In this document: one piece after another, positions 8,217 through 17,742 of the stretch
How the letters are laid out: every line of letters starts with the position of its first letter
Numbering within the stretch: position 1 is the stretch's first letter
From: an uncultured delta proteobacterium
GTDB lineage: Bacteria; Desulfobacterota; Desulfuromonadia; Geobacterales; DSM-12255
Length of the DNA stretch: 64,000 nt
Assembly (NCBI GenBank): GCA_963787125.1
Contig: CAWBBV010000016.1
Location: 160,001-224,000 of the forward strand
Direction of reading: 5' to 3'
Notes under the pieces: generated by a model
What the model was told of the DNA's origin: nothing
Databases searched by the model: none
Seen by the model: the letters and a program-made list of their open reading frames with translations, nothing else
Program-made: the position numbers and the translations under genes

Positions 8217-11200
8217 TTATTGGGTCACTTTGGCGAGGTTAAATGGCTGATTGGTGGCTTTCAGCCAATCGAGAAGAACCTGTCCGGTGGGGAATCCGAG
8301 GGAACCAACCGTCATCCGCAGGCTTCCGCCACTAACGATTTCCTGTAACTTCTCCGCGACAGATTTCAAAGCAACAGCATCGTAACCACCATCCAAGGCA
8401 CCGGAATATTCAATGTTTTGCAGTCCATCACTGCTCTCAGCTGTGAGGCTGATGTCATACACACAGACACCAGTAGTCAGCTCCAATCGCTGAATGAAGT
8501 CCCATACCGCACCGGAGTCATCTATCTTCGTTTGTTGATTCCAACGGGCCGGAATAGTGAGATCTATAGGGGGGCGAGGATCCTGCCCTGGCTGCGGAAT
8601 CGGGATGCGGATCGTTTCAGAGTTCAAATCATAAGTGGCGGCCACGGCCATTGCGCAGACGATGCGGCAATTTGCAGGGACACGAAATGCCCCGTCGTAA
8701 GTGGCATAGCCTGCGCTGCTGGGAGAGGACCCGTCCGTGGTGTAGCGAATGGCGATCCCGTTGGCCTTCGGCAGGGCCAGCAACTCTACCTCATAATGGT
8801 CGCCTCGGTTGTGTAGCTGGTATTTAAGCCGAACCTTCGCAGTCCATTCCTTCACTGCGCTAACACGCGCAAGATCGGTAGAATCGAAGGCGAGAAACCG
8901 GTATCGCAAGCCGGTTGCTTCAAAACGGGCTGGAGTTGGTACAGGACTGGAAGCGCTGGTAGGGTCGGAATCGCCGGTTTCATATACGACGGACGGTGCA
9001 TGCAGCGGCTCTATTTTCAAGAAAGTATATCCTTCACCGTCCTCACAGACAGAAAGTTCGCGGATGGAAACCTCGGGAACAGGTGGAGGAAATGGCCCAC
9101 GCCGGATGTGATTGCCTTCCGGACGCCAAAGTCCGCGTCGGAGGCATTCGTCTTTGACATCATCAAGGGCGGAAATTTTGTGTAGTGGCCAGTTGGTATT
9201 GACCGCAGCGGCCCGTTTGAAGTCGGACCACAGAACGACTTTTGTCTCGGGTGAGCCGAACAGGCGGGCCTCCGCACGGGTGCGGAAGCTGTCGTCGTCA
9301 ATCTTGGTCATGAATTTTTGCGCCCCTTCGAGGGTCTTGCGGATGGTTGCTTCGCCACTTTGATTGCCGGCGAAGGCAAGATCGGTGCCGGTCGTCCGCA
9401 AAGCTGAGTTGATGGAAGGATAGACAATCTGGTCAAATGCTTCCTTCAGTGCTGCTGTGAATTGCAGACCCACGCGGTCTCGAAGCGCGTCGAGAGCCCG
9501 CCACTGCGGATCATCGGACGGTGTATTCTCCGACTGGAGTTCTTCTTCAATGCTTTGCAGGGCACGAGTCTGTCGAGCCGAATCGAGCACTTTCTGGAAG
9601 GTGTCCCGTGAGCCTGTGAGGAAAAGGACTCTGTTCTTATATTGCTGCTGGTGCCACCATGCCTGCCAGTCAGCGGAAATGGGCAACTGGTCCGCTTGCC
9701 CACCCGGCCGAACGATCACCAGCGTGGTCTTTTCCTGCTCGACCTGAACTTCATCGAGCGGCGGCAGGACTTTTATGGTCTGGTAACAGTCTCGAAGCGA
9801 AGCAGAAAAATATGCCTCCAAATGCTCCCGGAGCATACGATCCACTGTTTCCGAGTGTAACGAGAGAGCGGTCGAACGCAGCTTAGCGGCAAGGTTTTGC
9901 TGATTTTTGAAATAGAGCCGTCCGTCGGTGGAATTGTGAAGATACCAAGCTCGGGTCGCCAACTTATCGAGGACATTAGCCTTGAAGGTGGAAAGGTCGC
10001 GGCCTGGGCGTTGAAGGCAATCGACGAGTTGATATTCCCTAAGCCCATGAATGGCGCCGGGAGTCGTTGAAAGCGAGGCAATGAGGATGAGACGGGCTGC
10101 GTCTGAGGCGTCGGAGTTTCCGTTGGCGAGGTCGATTTGCTCAACTTCCGCATCGCCGCTGTGGGCTATATCGTGCGCGATTGCCTCACTAAGCGACGGA
10201 TTGATGGTGCGGACTTCGGAAGCAATTTCATCCAGATTCATATCGAGATCGTAAGGATGGATCAAATCGATACCTATTGCTTTCTCCGACTTCCAGAGGT
10301 TGGACACCACCATTTGCATGAGGCGGATGACGCCGCGGGTTTGCTGAAATCCATCGTTTTCCTTGAACTTGCCCACGAGTTCCCGGAGGTCTGGGTGGAA
10401 CGGATAGGCCTCATTGACGCGAGTAAAAAGAGCTTCCGGCGAGGTGGTCGTCAGGTTCATATTGTTCGCCTCGCGAAGCGCTTCACGATAAGTAGCAGCT
10501 ACCTTTTTTATCTCCGACTCAGGCGCAACATGCTCAAAGAGACGTTTGCGCAGAATGTAGTAAAGTTCGTCACCGTTCGGATTGACCGGAGTAATCGGGA
10601 CCGCAATTCGTTTGGATTCTGAGGTGATTCCCTGTACTGCCCGGTTGAACGCGGCCTCAAGGTTTGATTGGCCGATGCTGAAATTAGTTCCTGCCAGATC
10701 GGAAAGGACAAGGCACACATTGTCCATCTCGGCGACCGCAATGAAGAGGTTCGCGAGAGCTGTGGTCGTTACGACACCCAAGTCGGCATTACCAACCGGG
10801 ACAGCGACGGCATATTCCAGGTAGGGCGGGAGTTCATCAAGAAAAAGGACGAGCGGATCACCGCCGAGCAACTGTTTCCAGGCTTCAGGTCCAGGTGCCT
10901 GGAGGAGCGGTGAAACATAACGGGTGAATTGCTCCGCTTTACCGAGTTGTTCTGCAATAGATCCCCAGATACCGCCTACTGCATCGGTGCTTCTGCCATT
11001 AAAACCGACAACTTGACAGCGACCAAGTCTTGGAGCCTGATCTTGCTCACCAAGGACTCTTTTTCGCAATTCAGGATCACGCGCCAACAATCCCAGCGCA
11101 ATCATGCTGTGCGTCTTGCCGCCACCCATCGCCTGTGACAGCAAAAAGACCGACGACCCCGCTCCGGTACCGCCCAAATGACGGAAGGCTCGATCCACCA

Positions 11201-11351
11201 GCGTCGTTATTCCGTTGGTGAAGAAGTTCTCCTCGAAAAATTCGGTGCCATTGACCTGCCCTTTTAAAAACGTATCGAGGCTTAGAACGGTGGCTCTTCT
11301 GTCAGCTGCAAAAACTGACGGGCGCGGTTTGCAGAGGGAGTGGATGCTCAT
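8217..11351 (-). CDS. DUF499 AAA+ ATPase with C-terminal Fn3/chitobiase-like domain, RL system
   Basis: LSQAMGGGKTHSM, LFLDEL, YPFHP, FQQTRGVIRL; IRYTTDGSSP near the C-terminus. Confidence 0.9.
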   Translation of the reverse strand: MSIHSLCKPRPSVFAADRRATVLSLDTFLKGQVNGTEFFEENFFTNGITTLVDRAFRHLGGTGAGSSVFLLSQAMGGGKTHSMIALGLLARDPELRKRVLGEQDQAPRLGRCQVVGFNGRSTDAVGGIWGSIAEQLGKAEQFTRYVSPLLQAPGPEAWKQLLGGDPLVLFLDELPPYLEYAVAVPVGNADLGVVTTTALANLFIAVAEMDNVCLVLSDLAGTNFSIGQSNLEAAFNRAVQGITSESKRIAVPITPVNPNGDELYYILRKRLFEHVAPESEIKKVAATYREALREANNMNLTTTSPEALFTRVNEAYPFHPDLRELVGKFKENDGFQQTRGVIRLMQMVVSNLWKSEKAIGIDLIHPYDLDMNLDEIASEVRTINPSLSEAIAHDIAHSGDAEVEQIDLANGNSDASDAARLILIASLSTTPGAIHGLREYQLVDCLQRPGRDLSTFKANVLDKLATRAWYLHNSTDGRLYFKNQQNLAAKLRSTALSLHSETVDRMLREHLEAYFSASLRDCYQTIKVLPPLDEVQVEQEKTTLVIVRPGGQADQLPISADWQAWWHQQQYKNRVLFLTGSRDTFQKVLDSARQTRALQSIEEELQSENTPSDDPQWRALDALRDRVGLQFTAALKEAFDQIVYPSINSALRTTGTDLAFAGNQSGEATIRKTLEGAQKFMTKIDDDSFRTRAEARLFGSPETKVVLWSDFKRAAAVNTNWPLHKISALDDVKDECLRRGLWRPEGNHIRRGPFPPPVPEVSIRELSVCEDGEGYTFLKIEPLHAPSVVYETGDSDPTSASSPVPTPARFEATGLRYRFLAFDSTDLARVSAVKEWTAKVRLKYQLHNRGDHYEVELLALPKANGIAIRYTTDGSSPSSAGYATYDGAFRVPANCRIVCAMAVAATYDLNSETIRIPIPQPGQDPRPPIDLTIPARWNQQTKIDDSGAVWDFIQRLELTTGVCVYDISLTAESSDGLQNIEYSGALDGGYDAVALKSVAEKLQEIVSGGSLRMTVGSLGFPTGQVLLDWLKATNQPFNLAKVTQ

Positions 11352-11489
11352 AGAGGTCCTTTTATAGGGAATGAGCGTTTATACTTGAAATGAGACCATT
11401 TTATCAACCTTAGATTGATTAGAATTAAACTTATGGTTGATGTTTGCCCGCTTCGGTTGCCTGTACTCTACGGAACATCGGAGCATGCT

Positions 11490-11831
11490 ATGGGAACGAT
11501 ACGCAGCAGTAAGGACATCGGCAGCAAGTTGTTTCACTTTCGAATGAGGGCGGGCTGGACTCGAGAGCGACTTGCGGAAGAGATTGGAGTGAGCGTACAA
11601 CAGATTCACAAGTATGAAAGCGGCACGAACCGGCTGAATACCGACCGTCTGCAGCAGGTGGCGCAGGCTCTGGACGTGCCGATTCAGCTATTTTTTACCA
11701 ACTTGGAAGAGACACTGCCAATAGCAATAGAAGAAAAACTCCTCCTCGACTCCTACCGGGCCATCCCCAACAAAGAGATCCAGGAAAGCATCCTCAAGCT
11801 GACCACCAACGCTACCAGACACGAAGACTGA
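11490..11831 (+). CDS. XRE-family HTH regulator, divergent from the RL operon
   Basis: LAEEIGVSVQQIHKYESG.NR; GGAG before ATG at 11490. Confidence 0.85.
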   Translation: MGTIRSSKDIGSKLFHFRMRAGWTRERLAEEIGVSVQQIHKYESGTNRLNTDRLQQVAQALDVPIQLFFTNLEETLPIAIEEKLLLDSYRAIPNKEIQESILKLTTNATRHED

Positions 11832-11852
11832 GCCGGTTCACAACTTGAAAAC

Positions 11853-11893
11853 AAAAAAATCCCCGCCAGATCAGTTCTGGTGGGGATTTTTTT
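11853..11893. terminator. Bidirectional intrinsic terminator
   Basis: A-run, ATCCCCGCCAGA-loop-TCTGGTGGGGAT, T-run; between convergent genes. Confidence 0.8.
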
Positions 11894-12039
11894 ATTACCG
11901 GGTAAATGTTGTTGAAAAAACCCTACTCCTTCTTCTCGAAACCGCCCTTTTCCTGACACTGGGGACACTTCTGGGGTTTGCAGCGCCCCTCTTTACTGAA
12001 TCCGCATGCTTTGCATTTCCACGCTGCCATAAAAACCTC

Positions 12040-13461
12040 CTATTTGACGTTATCCAGCCTTATCTCCCGAACCGTTCCGACGGTCGACAGCGGCTGGTCG
12101 AATTTCTTCTCATCACCCACAACCATGATGGTCATCGCTTCCGGGTGGAGATATTTTTTTGCGACTCTGAGAATATCTTCGCTTGATACTTTGGCTATAT
12201 TTTCCCTGAAATTTTCCAGATACCCTTGAGGAAAGTTGTAGAAGTCGAGACGTGCCTGCTGGGTAACGATAGAGTTGGCCTGGGTGAAGCCGAAGATGAA
12301 GGAGTTGATGATTGACTCTTTCGCCTGCTTGAGCTCTTCCTCGCTAACCGCCTCTTTTGTCATCCCGGCAATAATCTCGCTCATCAAAGTGACGACTTTG
12401 ATGGTTGATTCGGATTTTGTTTCCGTCTCCGCAATAAACATTCCCGGAAAGCGTCGACCAATGTCAAAACGGCTGCCGGCATGATAGGCCAGCCCCTGAT
12501 TGGAGCGGATCTCCTGGGTCAGTCTGGAGGTGAATCCACCGCCGAGAATATAATCCATGACCCTGACAGCGTACTGATCCGGGTTGTTCTTCTCCAGACC
12601 GAGATGGCCCATTCTTATGACTGACTGGCTGACCTGCTTTTTCGCCAGCAGCGCCTGCTTGCCGGGAATCAGCGCCGGAACCGGCACATTCGGCAACTTC
12701 GGTTCCTGCGGCTGCCACTCGCCAAAAAGCTGCTCAAGTTTTGCGACGAGCTCTTTTCTGTTGAAATCACCGCTGACAGCAAGAATCATCCCCTTCGGGG
12801 TAAAATATTGTTTGTGCAGCTCAACCATATCCTTGCGGGTTACCATGTTAACCGATTCAATGGTGGCGACCCGGCCAAGGGGATGATTTTCATAGATAGC
12901 CCGCTTGAATTCCCGCCCGGCTATCCCCTTGGGATCGTCGTTCTGGCGGCGGATAGCATCGATGGTACTGTTTTTTGCCAGATCAACCCGGGACTGCTCA
13001 AAACCTGGCTTCATGAGTACCTGGGCGTAAAGCTCAAGGGTCCGATAAAGGTTTTTTGTCAAAGTGGTCATAGAAAGACTACCCTGATCCTCGCCGATAT
13101 TCGCTTCAATGCCTGAAGCCATGAACTCCAGCTCGGCGTCGAGCACATCAGGCTTCAGGGTTTCTGTGCCACCACTGCGAAGAAGAGTCCCGGTCATCCC
13201 GGACAGACCGGTCATATCCGCAGGATCATAGATGCTGCCGGCAGTTACATAAGCGGTCATATTGACGAGCGGGAGTTCGTGATCCTCCAACAGGTAGAGT
13301 TTCATGCCGTTTTTAAGCGTTATGCGATCACTTTTGGGGAGGTTAAAATTGAGAGGCGCAAAGGTAAGAGTGCGCGGGTCGACTGTTTTAGTTGTGGTAG
13401 AACAGGCTGTCAGCATGAACAGCAGCGTCAATATCAGTGGGAATAGGTATCTGCGGCTCAT
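12040..13461 (-). CDS. M16 peptidase family lipoprotein (non-catalytic subunit)
   Basis: Lipobox LTAC; LGGGFTSRL..EIR...GLAY; lacks HxxEH. Confidence 0.85.
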   Translation of the reverse strand: MSRRYLFPLILTLLFMLTACSTTTKTVDPRTLTFAPLNFNLPKSDRITLKNGMKLYLLEDHELPLVNMTAYVTAGSIYDPADMTGLSGMTGTLLRSGGTETLKPDVLDAELEFMASGIEANIGEDQGSLSMTTLTKNLYRTLELYAQVLMKPGFEQSRVDLAKNSTIDAIRRQNDDPKGIAGREFKRAIYENHPLGRVATIESVNMVTRKDMVELHKQYFTPKGMILAVSGDFNRKELVAKLEQLFGEWQPQEPKLPNVPVPALIPGKQALLAKKQVSQSVIRMGHLGLEKNNPDQYAVRVMDYILGGGFTSRLTQEIRSNQGLAYHAGSRFDIGRRFPGMFIAETETKSESTIKVVTLMSEIIAGMTKEAVSEEELKQAKESIINSFIFGFTQANSIVTQQARLDFYNFPQGYLENFRENIAKVSSEDILRVAKKYLHPEAMTIMVVGDEKKFDQPLSTVGTVREIRLDNVK

Positions 13462-14945
13462 TTTCCGGCTACCTCCTGTTTTGTGATGAATCCGACAATC
13501 CTGTTCTCCCTTGTCAGATATTTCTTTGCGACTCGCTGGATATCTTCAGCCTTGACTCCGGCAATGGCCGCCCTGTGCTCTATCAGATAACGCCAGCTAC
13601 CCGAGATGGCTTCGTACTCGGTAAGATTCCTGGCAAGCCCGCCAATGGAGGTCATCTGCCGCGCCTCTTCATACTCAAGCTTGTTCAGTACCTGCTGCAG
13701 CTCCCGCGCGGTAACCGGTTCACTCTTCAGCCTGTCAAGCTCTGAGTAGAGCGCCTCTTCAACCTCTTTGACCGTATGGGGCTGCCGCGGCGATGCCGAG
13801 ATTATGAACAGATTCGGATAGCGGTGACCCGGTGCGGAAAAAGCACCGACCCCGGTAACCAGCTGCTTTTCAACCACCAGTTTTTTGTGAAGTCTCGATG
13901 TCCGCCCGTCGGAAAGAATCATGTCAATAACATCAAAGACAAGATCGTCAGGATCGGGAAGCGTCGGCTTGTGAAAACCGATCATCAGTTCGGCGCCGGC
14001 ATCACCGACCACCTCGATCCGTTTTTCCCCCTGCTGCTTCGGCTCTTCCACTGCCACCGGCGGCACGGGAGTTCCCGGCGGGATATGGCCGAAGTAGCGC
14101 TCCACCAGCTCTATGGTCTTTTGTGAATCAATGTCGCCGACAATGGCGATAATAGCGTTGTTCGGCGCATAATAACGCTTCAGAAAAACTTCTGCCTTGG
14201 TGCGGGTCAGATTTTCTATGTCCGACATCCAGCCGATTACCGGCTGCCCCATGGGATGGGCATTAAAGGCACTGGCCAGAAAAGTCTCCCAGAGCTTCCC
14301 TTCCGGCTCAGCTTCGTAAGAGCGCCGCCGCTCTTCCATAACAACAGCCCGCTCGGTATAGAACTCGCGCAGCACCGCGTTCTGCATCCGGTCAGACTCT
14401 ATGGCCGCCCAGAGCTCCAGCTTGTTTGACGGCAGGCTGATAAGATAGGTCGTGCCGTCCTTACTGGTATAGGCGTTGTAGTTTGAGCCGCCGTTACGGT
14501 TGTAAATCTGGGCAAACTCTTCCTTGACGACATATTTGCCCGCCTCTTTCTCAAGAGCGGTCAGCTCCTTTTCCAGAGAAGTTATCAAGGCAGCATCACC
14601 CTTTTCCCGCCTGGCCTTTTCATTGAGGAGTTGCTGGGCAACGACCTCAATCTTGTCGAGCAGCTGCTTTTCAGCAGGATAATCGGTGCTGCCGAGGGTC
14701 TTGGTACCTTTGAAAAGCATATGTTCAAGAAGATGGGCAATCCCCCGCTCATCGCTCCGCTCGTCGACACTGCCGACCTTGAAGCGGATCCAGGCGGCCA
14801 CTGTCGGCGAAGTGTGCCGTTCCACCAACAGCAGCTTCATCCCGTTGGCAAGGGTATGCTCTTTAACCCGCTCGGCAAGGCCCTGCGCATAAAGCTGCGT
14901 CGCTGTAAAAAGGAGCATCACCGCAATCAAAAGTTTTTTCATCAA
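13458..14945 (-). CDS. M16 zinc peptidase (catalytic subunit)
   Basis: GIAHLLEHMLFKGT (HxxEH), NAYTS, VMEERR; signal peptide. Confidence 0.9.
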   Translation of the reverse strand: MMKKLLIAVMLLFTATQLYAQGLAERVKEHTLANGMKLLLVERHTSPTVAAWIRFKVGSVDERSDERGIAHLLEHMLFKGTKTLGSTDYPAEKQLLDKIEVVAQQLLNEKARREKGDAALITSLEKELTALEKEAGKYVVKEEFAQIYNRNGGSNYNAYTSKDGTTYLISLPSNKLELWAAIESDRMQNAVLREFYTERAVVMEERRRSYEAEPEGKLWETFLASAFNAHPMGQPVIGWMSDIENLTRTKAEVFLKRYYAPNNAIIAIVGDIDSQKTIELVERYFGHIPPGTPVPPVAVEEPKQQGEKRIEVVGDAGAELMIGFHKPTLPDPDDLVFDVIDMILSDGRTSRLHKKLVVEKQLVTGVGAFSAPGHRYPNLFIISASPRQPHTVKEVEEALYSELDRLKSEPVTARELQQVLNKLEYEEARQMTSIGGLARNLTEYEAISGSWRYLIEHRAAIAGVKAEDIQRVAKKYLTRENRIVGFITKQEVAGK

Positions 14946-15082
14946 TTGTCTCCCTGAAAATTCACTGGTAAATAAGAGTTAGAGAATATATCAGTAACGG
15001 TCTTGCTGTAAACCTCGATATAGACTTTACCGATCTGTCTGTGTTATTAATGTTCAACATTTTACAGTTAAAGGAGGTATTT

Positions 15083-15598
15083 ATGAGTAGCGAACTGAAC
15101 CCCCGTGTCCTTCTGGAAACGTCAAAAGGGAACATCACTATCGAACTTTTTAAAGAAAAAGCACCTATTTCGGTGAAAAATTTCCTCGGATACGTCGCCG
15201 ACGGCTACTATGAGGGTCTTATTTTCCACCGGGTAATCAACGGCTTCATGATTCAGGGTGGCGGTATGGATGAAAACCTGCAACCGAAAAAACCTAAGTT
15301 TGCCATCAAGAACGAAGCAGCCAACGGCCTCAAAAATCTGAAGGGCACTCTGGCAATGGCCCGGACATCGGTTGTTGACAGTGCCACTTCGCAGTTTTTC
15401 ATCAATGTGGCAGACAACGCTTTTCTTGACTATAAAGGGAAAAGACCGGAAGACTTCGGCTATGCAGTTTTCGGCCAGGTCGTTGAGGGGATGGAGATTG
15501 TTGAAGAGATGAAGGGCGTGAAAACAGGCAACAAAGCCGGCCATGCCGACGTACCGGTCGAGCCGATCTTTATTACCAAGGCGACGCTGCTGGCATAA
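15083..15598 (+). CDS. Cyclophilin-type peptidyl-prolyl isomerase
   Basis: FHRVINGFMIQGGG, AMART, SATSQFFIN; AAGGAGG Shine-Dalgarno. Confidence 0.95.
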   Translation: MSSELNPRVLLETSKGNITIELFKEKAPISVKNFLGYVADGYYEGLIFHRVINGFMIQGGGMDENLQPKKPKFAIKNEAANGLKNLKGTLAMARTSVVDSATSQFFINVADNAFLDYKGKRPEDFGYAVFGQVVEGMEIVEEMKGVKTGNKAGHADVPVEPIFITKATLLA

Positions 15599-15620
15599 TC
15601 CTGAAAACCTGAAATACCAT

Positions 15621-15655
15621 CTTGAAAAGGGCTCCTGGAGCCCTTTTCAAGTTTT
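15621..15655 (+). terminator. Hairpin / probable terminator
   Basis: CTTGAAAAGGGCTCC-T-GGAGCCCTTTTCAAG followed by TTTT. Confidence 0.6.
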
Positions 15656-15679
15656 ATACCACCGGCTACGGGGGAAATT

Positions 15680-17122
15680 GTGCAATCAGCGCCGCAGCTC
15701 TATTTACTGGATGGCTCCAGCTACATCTACCGCGCCTATTACGGCATCAGGGAGAGTGCTACCACCACCGGTATGCCGACCAATGCCATCCTCGGTTTCA
15801 CCAGAATGCTCCTCACCCTCTTGCAGGAGCACCGCCCCGACTATCTTGCCGTCGTCTTCGACCCTCCTCGTGAAGATACCTTCCGCAGGAAGATTTATCC
15901 GCAATACAAGGCGAATCGGGACGTCATGCCGGCGGATCTGATCACCCAGCTGCCTCACATAAGTAAAGTTCTGCGGGCGCTGCGGATACCTGTCCTGGAG
16001 GTTTCCGGTTTCGAGGCTGACGATGTCATTGCCACCCTGGCACGCCGTTATGCCGCTGAAGAGGTGGAGGTTACGGTTGTCACCGGTGACAAGGATCTGC
16101 TCCAGATTGTTGGTGACAGGATCAGTCTGCTGGACACCATGAAAGGGAGGCGTTCCGGGGTACAGGAGGTTCTGGAGCGTTTCGGTGTCCCGCCGGAGCT
16201 GGTGGCGGATGTTCTCGGTCTGGCCGGCGACACTGCCGACAACATCCCGGGGGTTCCCGGTATCGGCGAAAAGACCGCCAGCGAACTGGTACGGAGATTC
16301 GGATCTCTGGAAGAGGTAATTCAGTGGCGCAATCTGGTTAGCGGCAAGCAGCGCCGGGATAATTTGCGCTCCCACGCTGATCAGGCCCGGCTCTCCAAGG
16401 TTCTGGCAACTGTCCGCTACGATGTTCCGCTTGAACTCTCCCTTGATGAACTGCAGCGCCGGACGCCAAACCTGGCGGAATTGCTCCCGCTCCTGCGGGA
16501 GCTGGAATTTGCAATGCTGGAAACCGCTTTCACCCCGCCGCCAGCCGGGCTGGTGGAGATCTACTGCGACGGTTCCGGCAGAGACTCAGGGCCGGGTGGC
16601 TACGGGGTAATCCTGCGCTTCGGCGAGCACGAAAAAGAGCTGGACGGTTTCGAGCCGGTCTCCACATCTCAGCGGATGGAGCTGACAGCAGCTATCAGAG
16701 GTTTGGAAGCACTGACTACCCGCAGAAGAGTGCACGTTTTCAGCGATTCACAGTACCTGGTCCGCGGGATGAGCGAATGGCTGCAGGGGTGGATTCGCAC
16801 CGGCCGGATCAAGACTCCGGACGCGCTCAAAAATCAGGATCTCTGGCAACAGCTTGCTGCCCAGGCTGAAAGCCATGAGATCCGCTGGGAGTGGATTCGT
16901 GGCCATGACGGGCATCACTTCAACGAGCGCTGCGACAGGCTGGCCAAGCGGGCTGCCGATGCGGGGATACTGGCTGCGGGTGCGGCAGAGCGGCTGCTGA
17001 AGAGGGCCGGTCAGGAGCAAGCGGCGCAGTTGCCGGTCATCCCCGGCAATCAGGCAGACGATGAGGTCAGGGATAAGGTAGAATACGAGGCTGACGCAGA
17101 CGGTCAACTGCTGCTCTGTTAA
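15680..17122 (+). CDS. Pol I-type 5'-3' exonuclease fused to RNase HI
   Basis: LLDGSSYIYRAY, YKANR, EADDVI, TGDKD, GDTADNIPGVPGIG; C-terminal YCDGS, RMEL.AAI, SDSQY, NQDLW, GH...NERCD.LA. Confidence 0.9.
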   Translation: MQSAPQLYLLDGSSYIYRAYYGIRESATTTGMPTNAILGFTRMLLTLLQEHRPDYLAVVFDPPREDTFRRKIYPQYKANRDVMPADLITQLPHISKVLRALRIPVLEVSGFEADDVIATLARRYAAEEVEVTVVTGDKDLLQIVGDRISLLDTMKGRRSGVQEVLERFGVPPELVADVLGLAGDTADNIPGVPGIGEKTASELVRRFGSLEEVIQWRNLVSGKQRRDNLRSHADQARLSKVLATVRYDVPLELSLDELQRRTPNLAELLPLLRELEFAMLETAFTPPPAGLVEIYCDGSGRDSGPGGYGVILRFGEHEKELDGFEPVSTSQRMELTAAIRGLEALTTRRRVHVFSDSQYLVRGMSEWLQGWIRTGRIKTPDALKNQDLWQQLAAQAESHEIRWEWIRGHDGHHFNERCDRLAKRAADAGILAAGAAERLLKRAGQEQAAQLPVIPGNQADDEVRDKVEYEADADGQLLLC

Positions 17123-17143
17123 ATAACTTCAAGGAATCCAACT

Positions 17144-17659
17144 ATGAAAATACAGAAAGTAACGGAAGAAACCCGCCCCAAGGTCTACGCGCTGCTGCAG
17201 CGTGCCTTTCCTTACACTGCCCACGAAACCGAACTTGTACAGAAATTACATGAACATGGCAAACCGCTGCATGAATGGGTCTGCCTTCATACCAATAAAG
17301 TCGTCGCCTACCTTGCATTTTCCAACGCTTACCATGGCGATGACATCTGCGGCCTGCACCTGGCCCCCATGGCCGTGGCCCCTGACTTTCAGGGTCAGGG
17401 TATAGGTTCGGAACTGCTCAGATTTGCCCTGCGGCAGGAAGTTATCAAAAGTCAGCCGCTGTTCGTGCTTGGCAGACCCGATTATTACCGCCGCTTCGGC
17501 TTTGAACCATGCAGCATGCCCATCTGCCTGTTCGACAAATACAATGCGCATTTCCTCAGCATCCGCTACAACTCAACCGCTCTCTTCAATGTGGGGTATG
17601 AGCCTGAATTTGGAGTAGCGGCCAAACCGTCTGACACCAAACGCAAGAAGCGCCGCTGA
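17144..17659 (+). CDS. GNAT N-acetyltransferase
   Basis: LAPMAVAPDFQGQGIGSEL, VLG.PDYY.RFGF. Confidence 0.9.
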   Translation: MKIQKVTEETRPKVYALLQRAFPYTAHETELVQKLHEHGKPLHEWVCLHTNKVVAYLAFSNAYHGDDICGLHLAPMAVAPDFQGQGIGSELLRFALRQEVIKSQPLFVLGRPDYYRRFGFEPCSMPICLFDKYNAHFLSIRYNSTALFNVGYEPEFGVAAKPSDTKRKKRR

Positions 17660-17742
17660 ACCGGTCGCTTCATTCAGCCGCTAACAATACCGGGAAGACC
17701 TGGCGGAATTTAGCTATCGCCACTGATTACGGATGGGGACGG

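Noticed and set aside
926..11351. BREX or DISARM call
   Set aside because: No PglZ/BrxL or DrmA/B/DUF1998; the gene set matches the DUF499-DUF3780-DUF1156-PLD/SNF2 system
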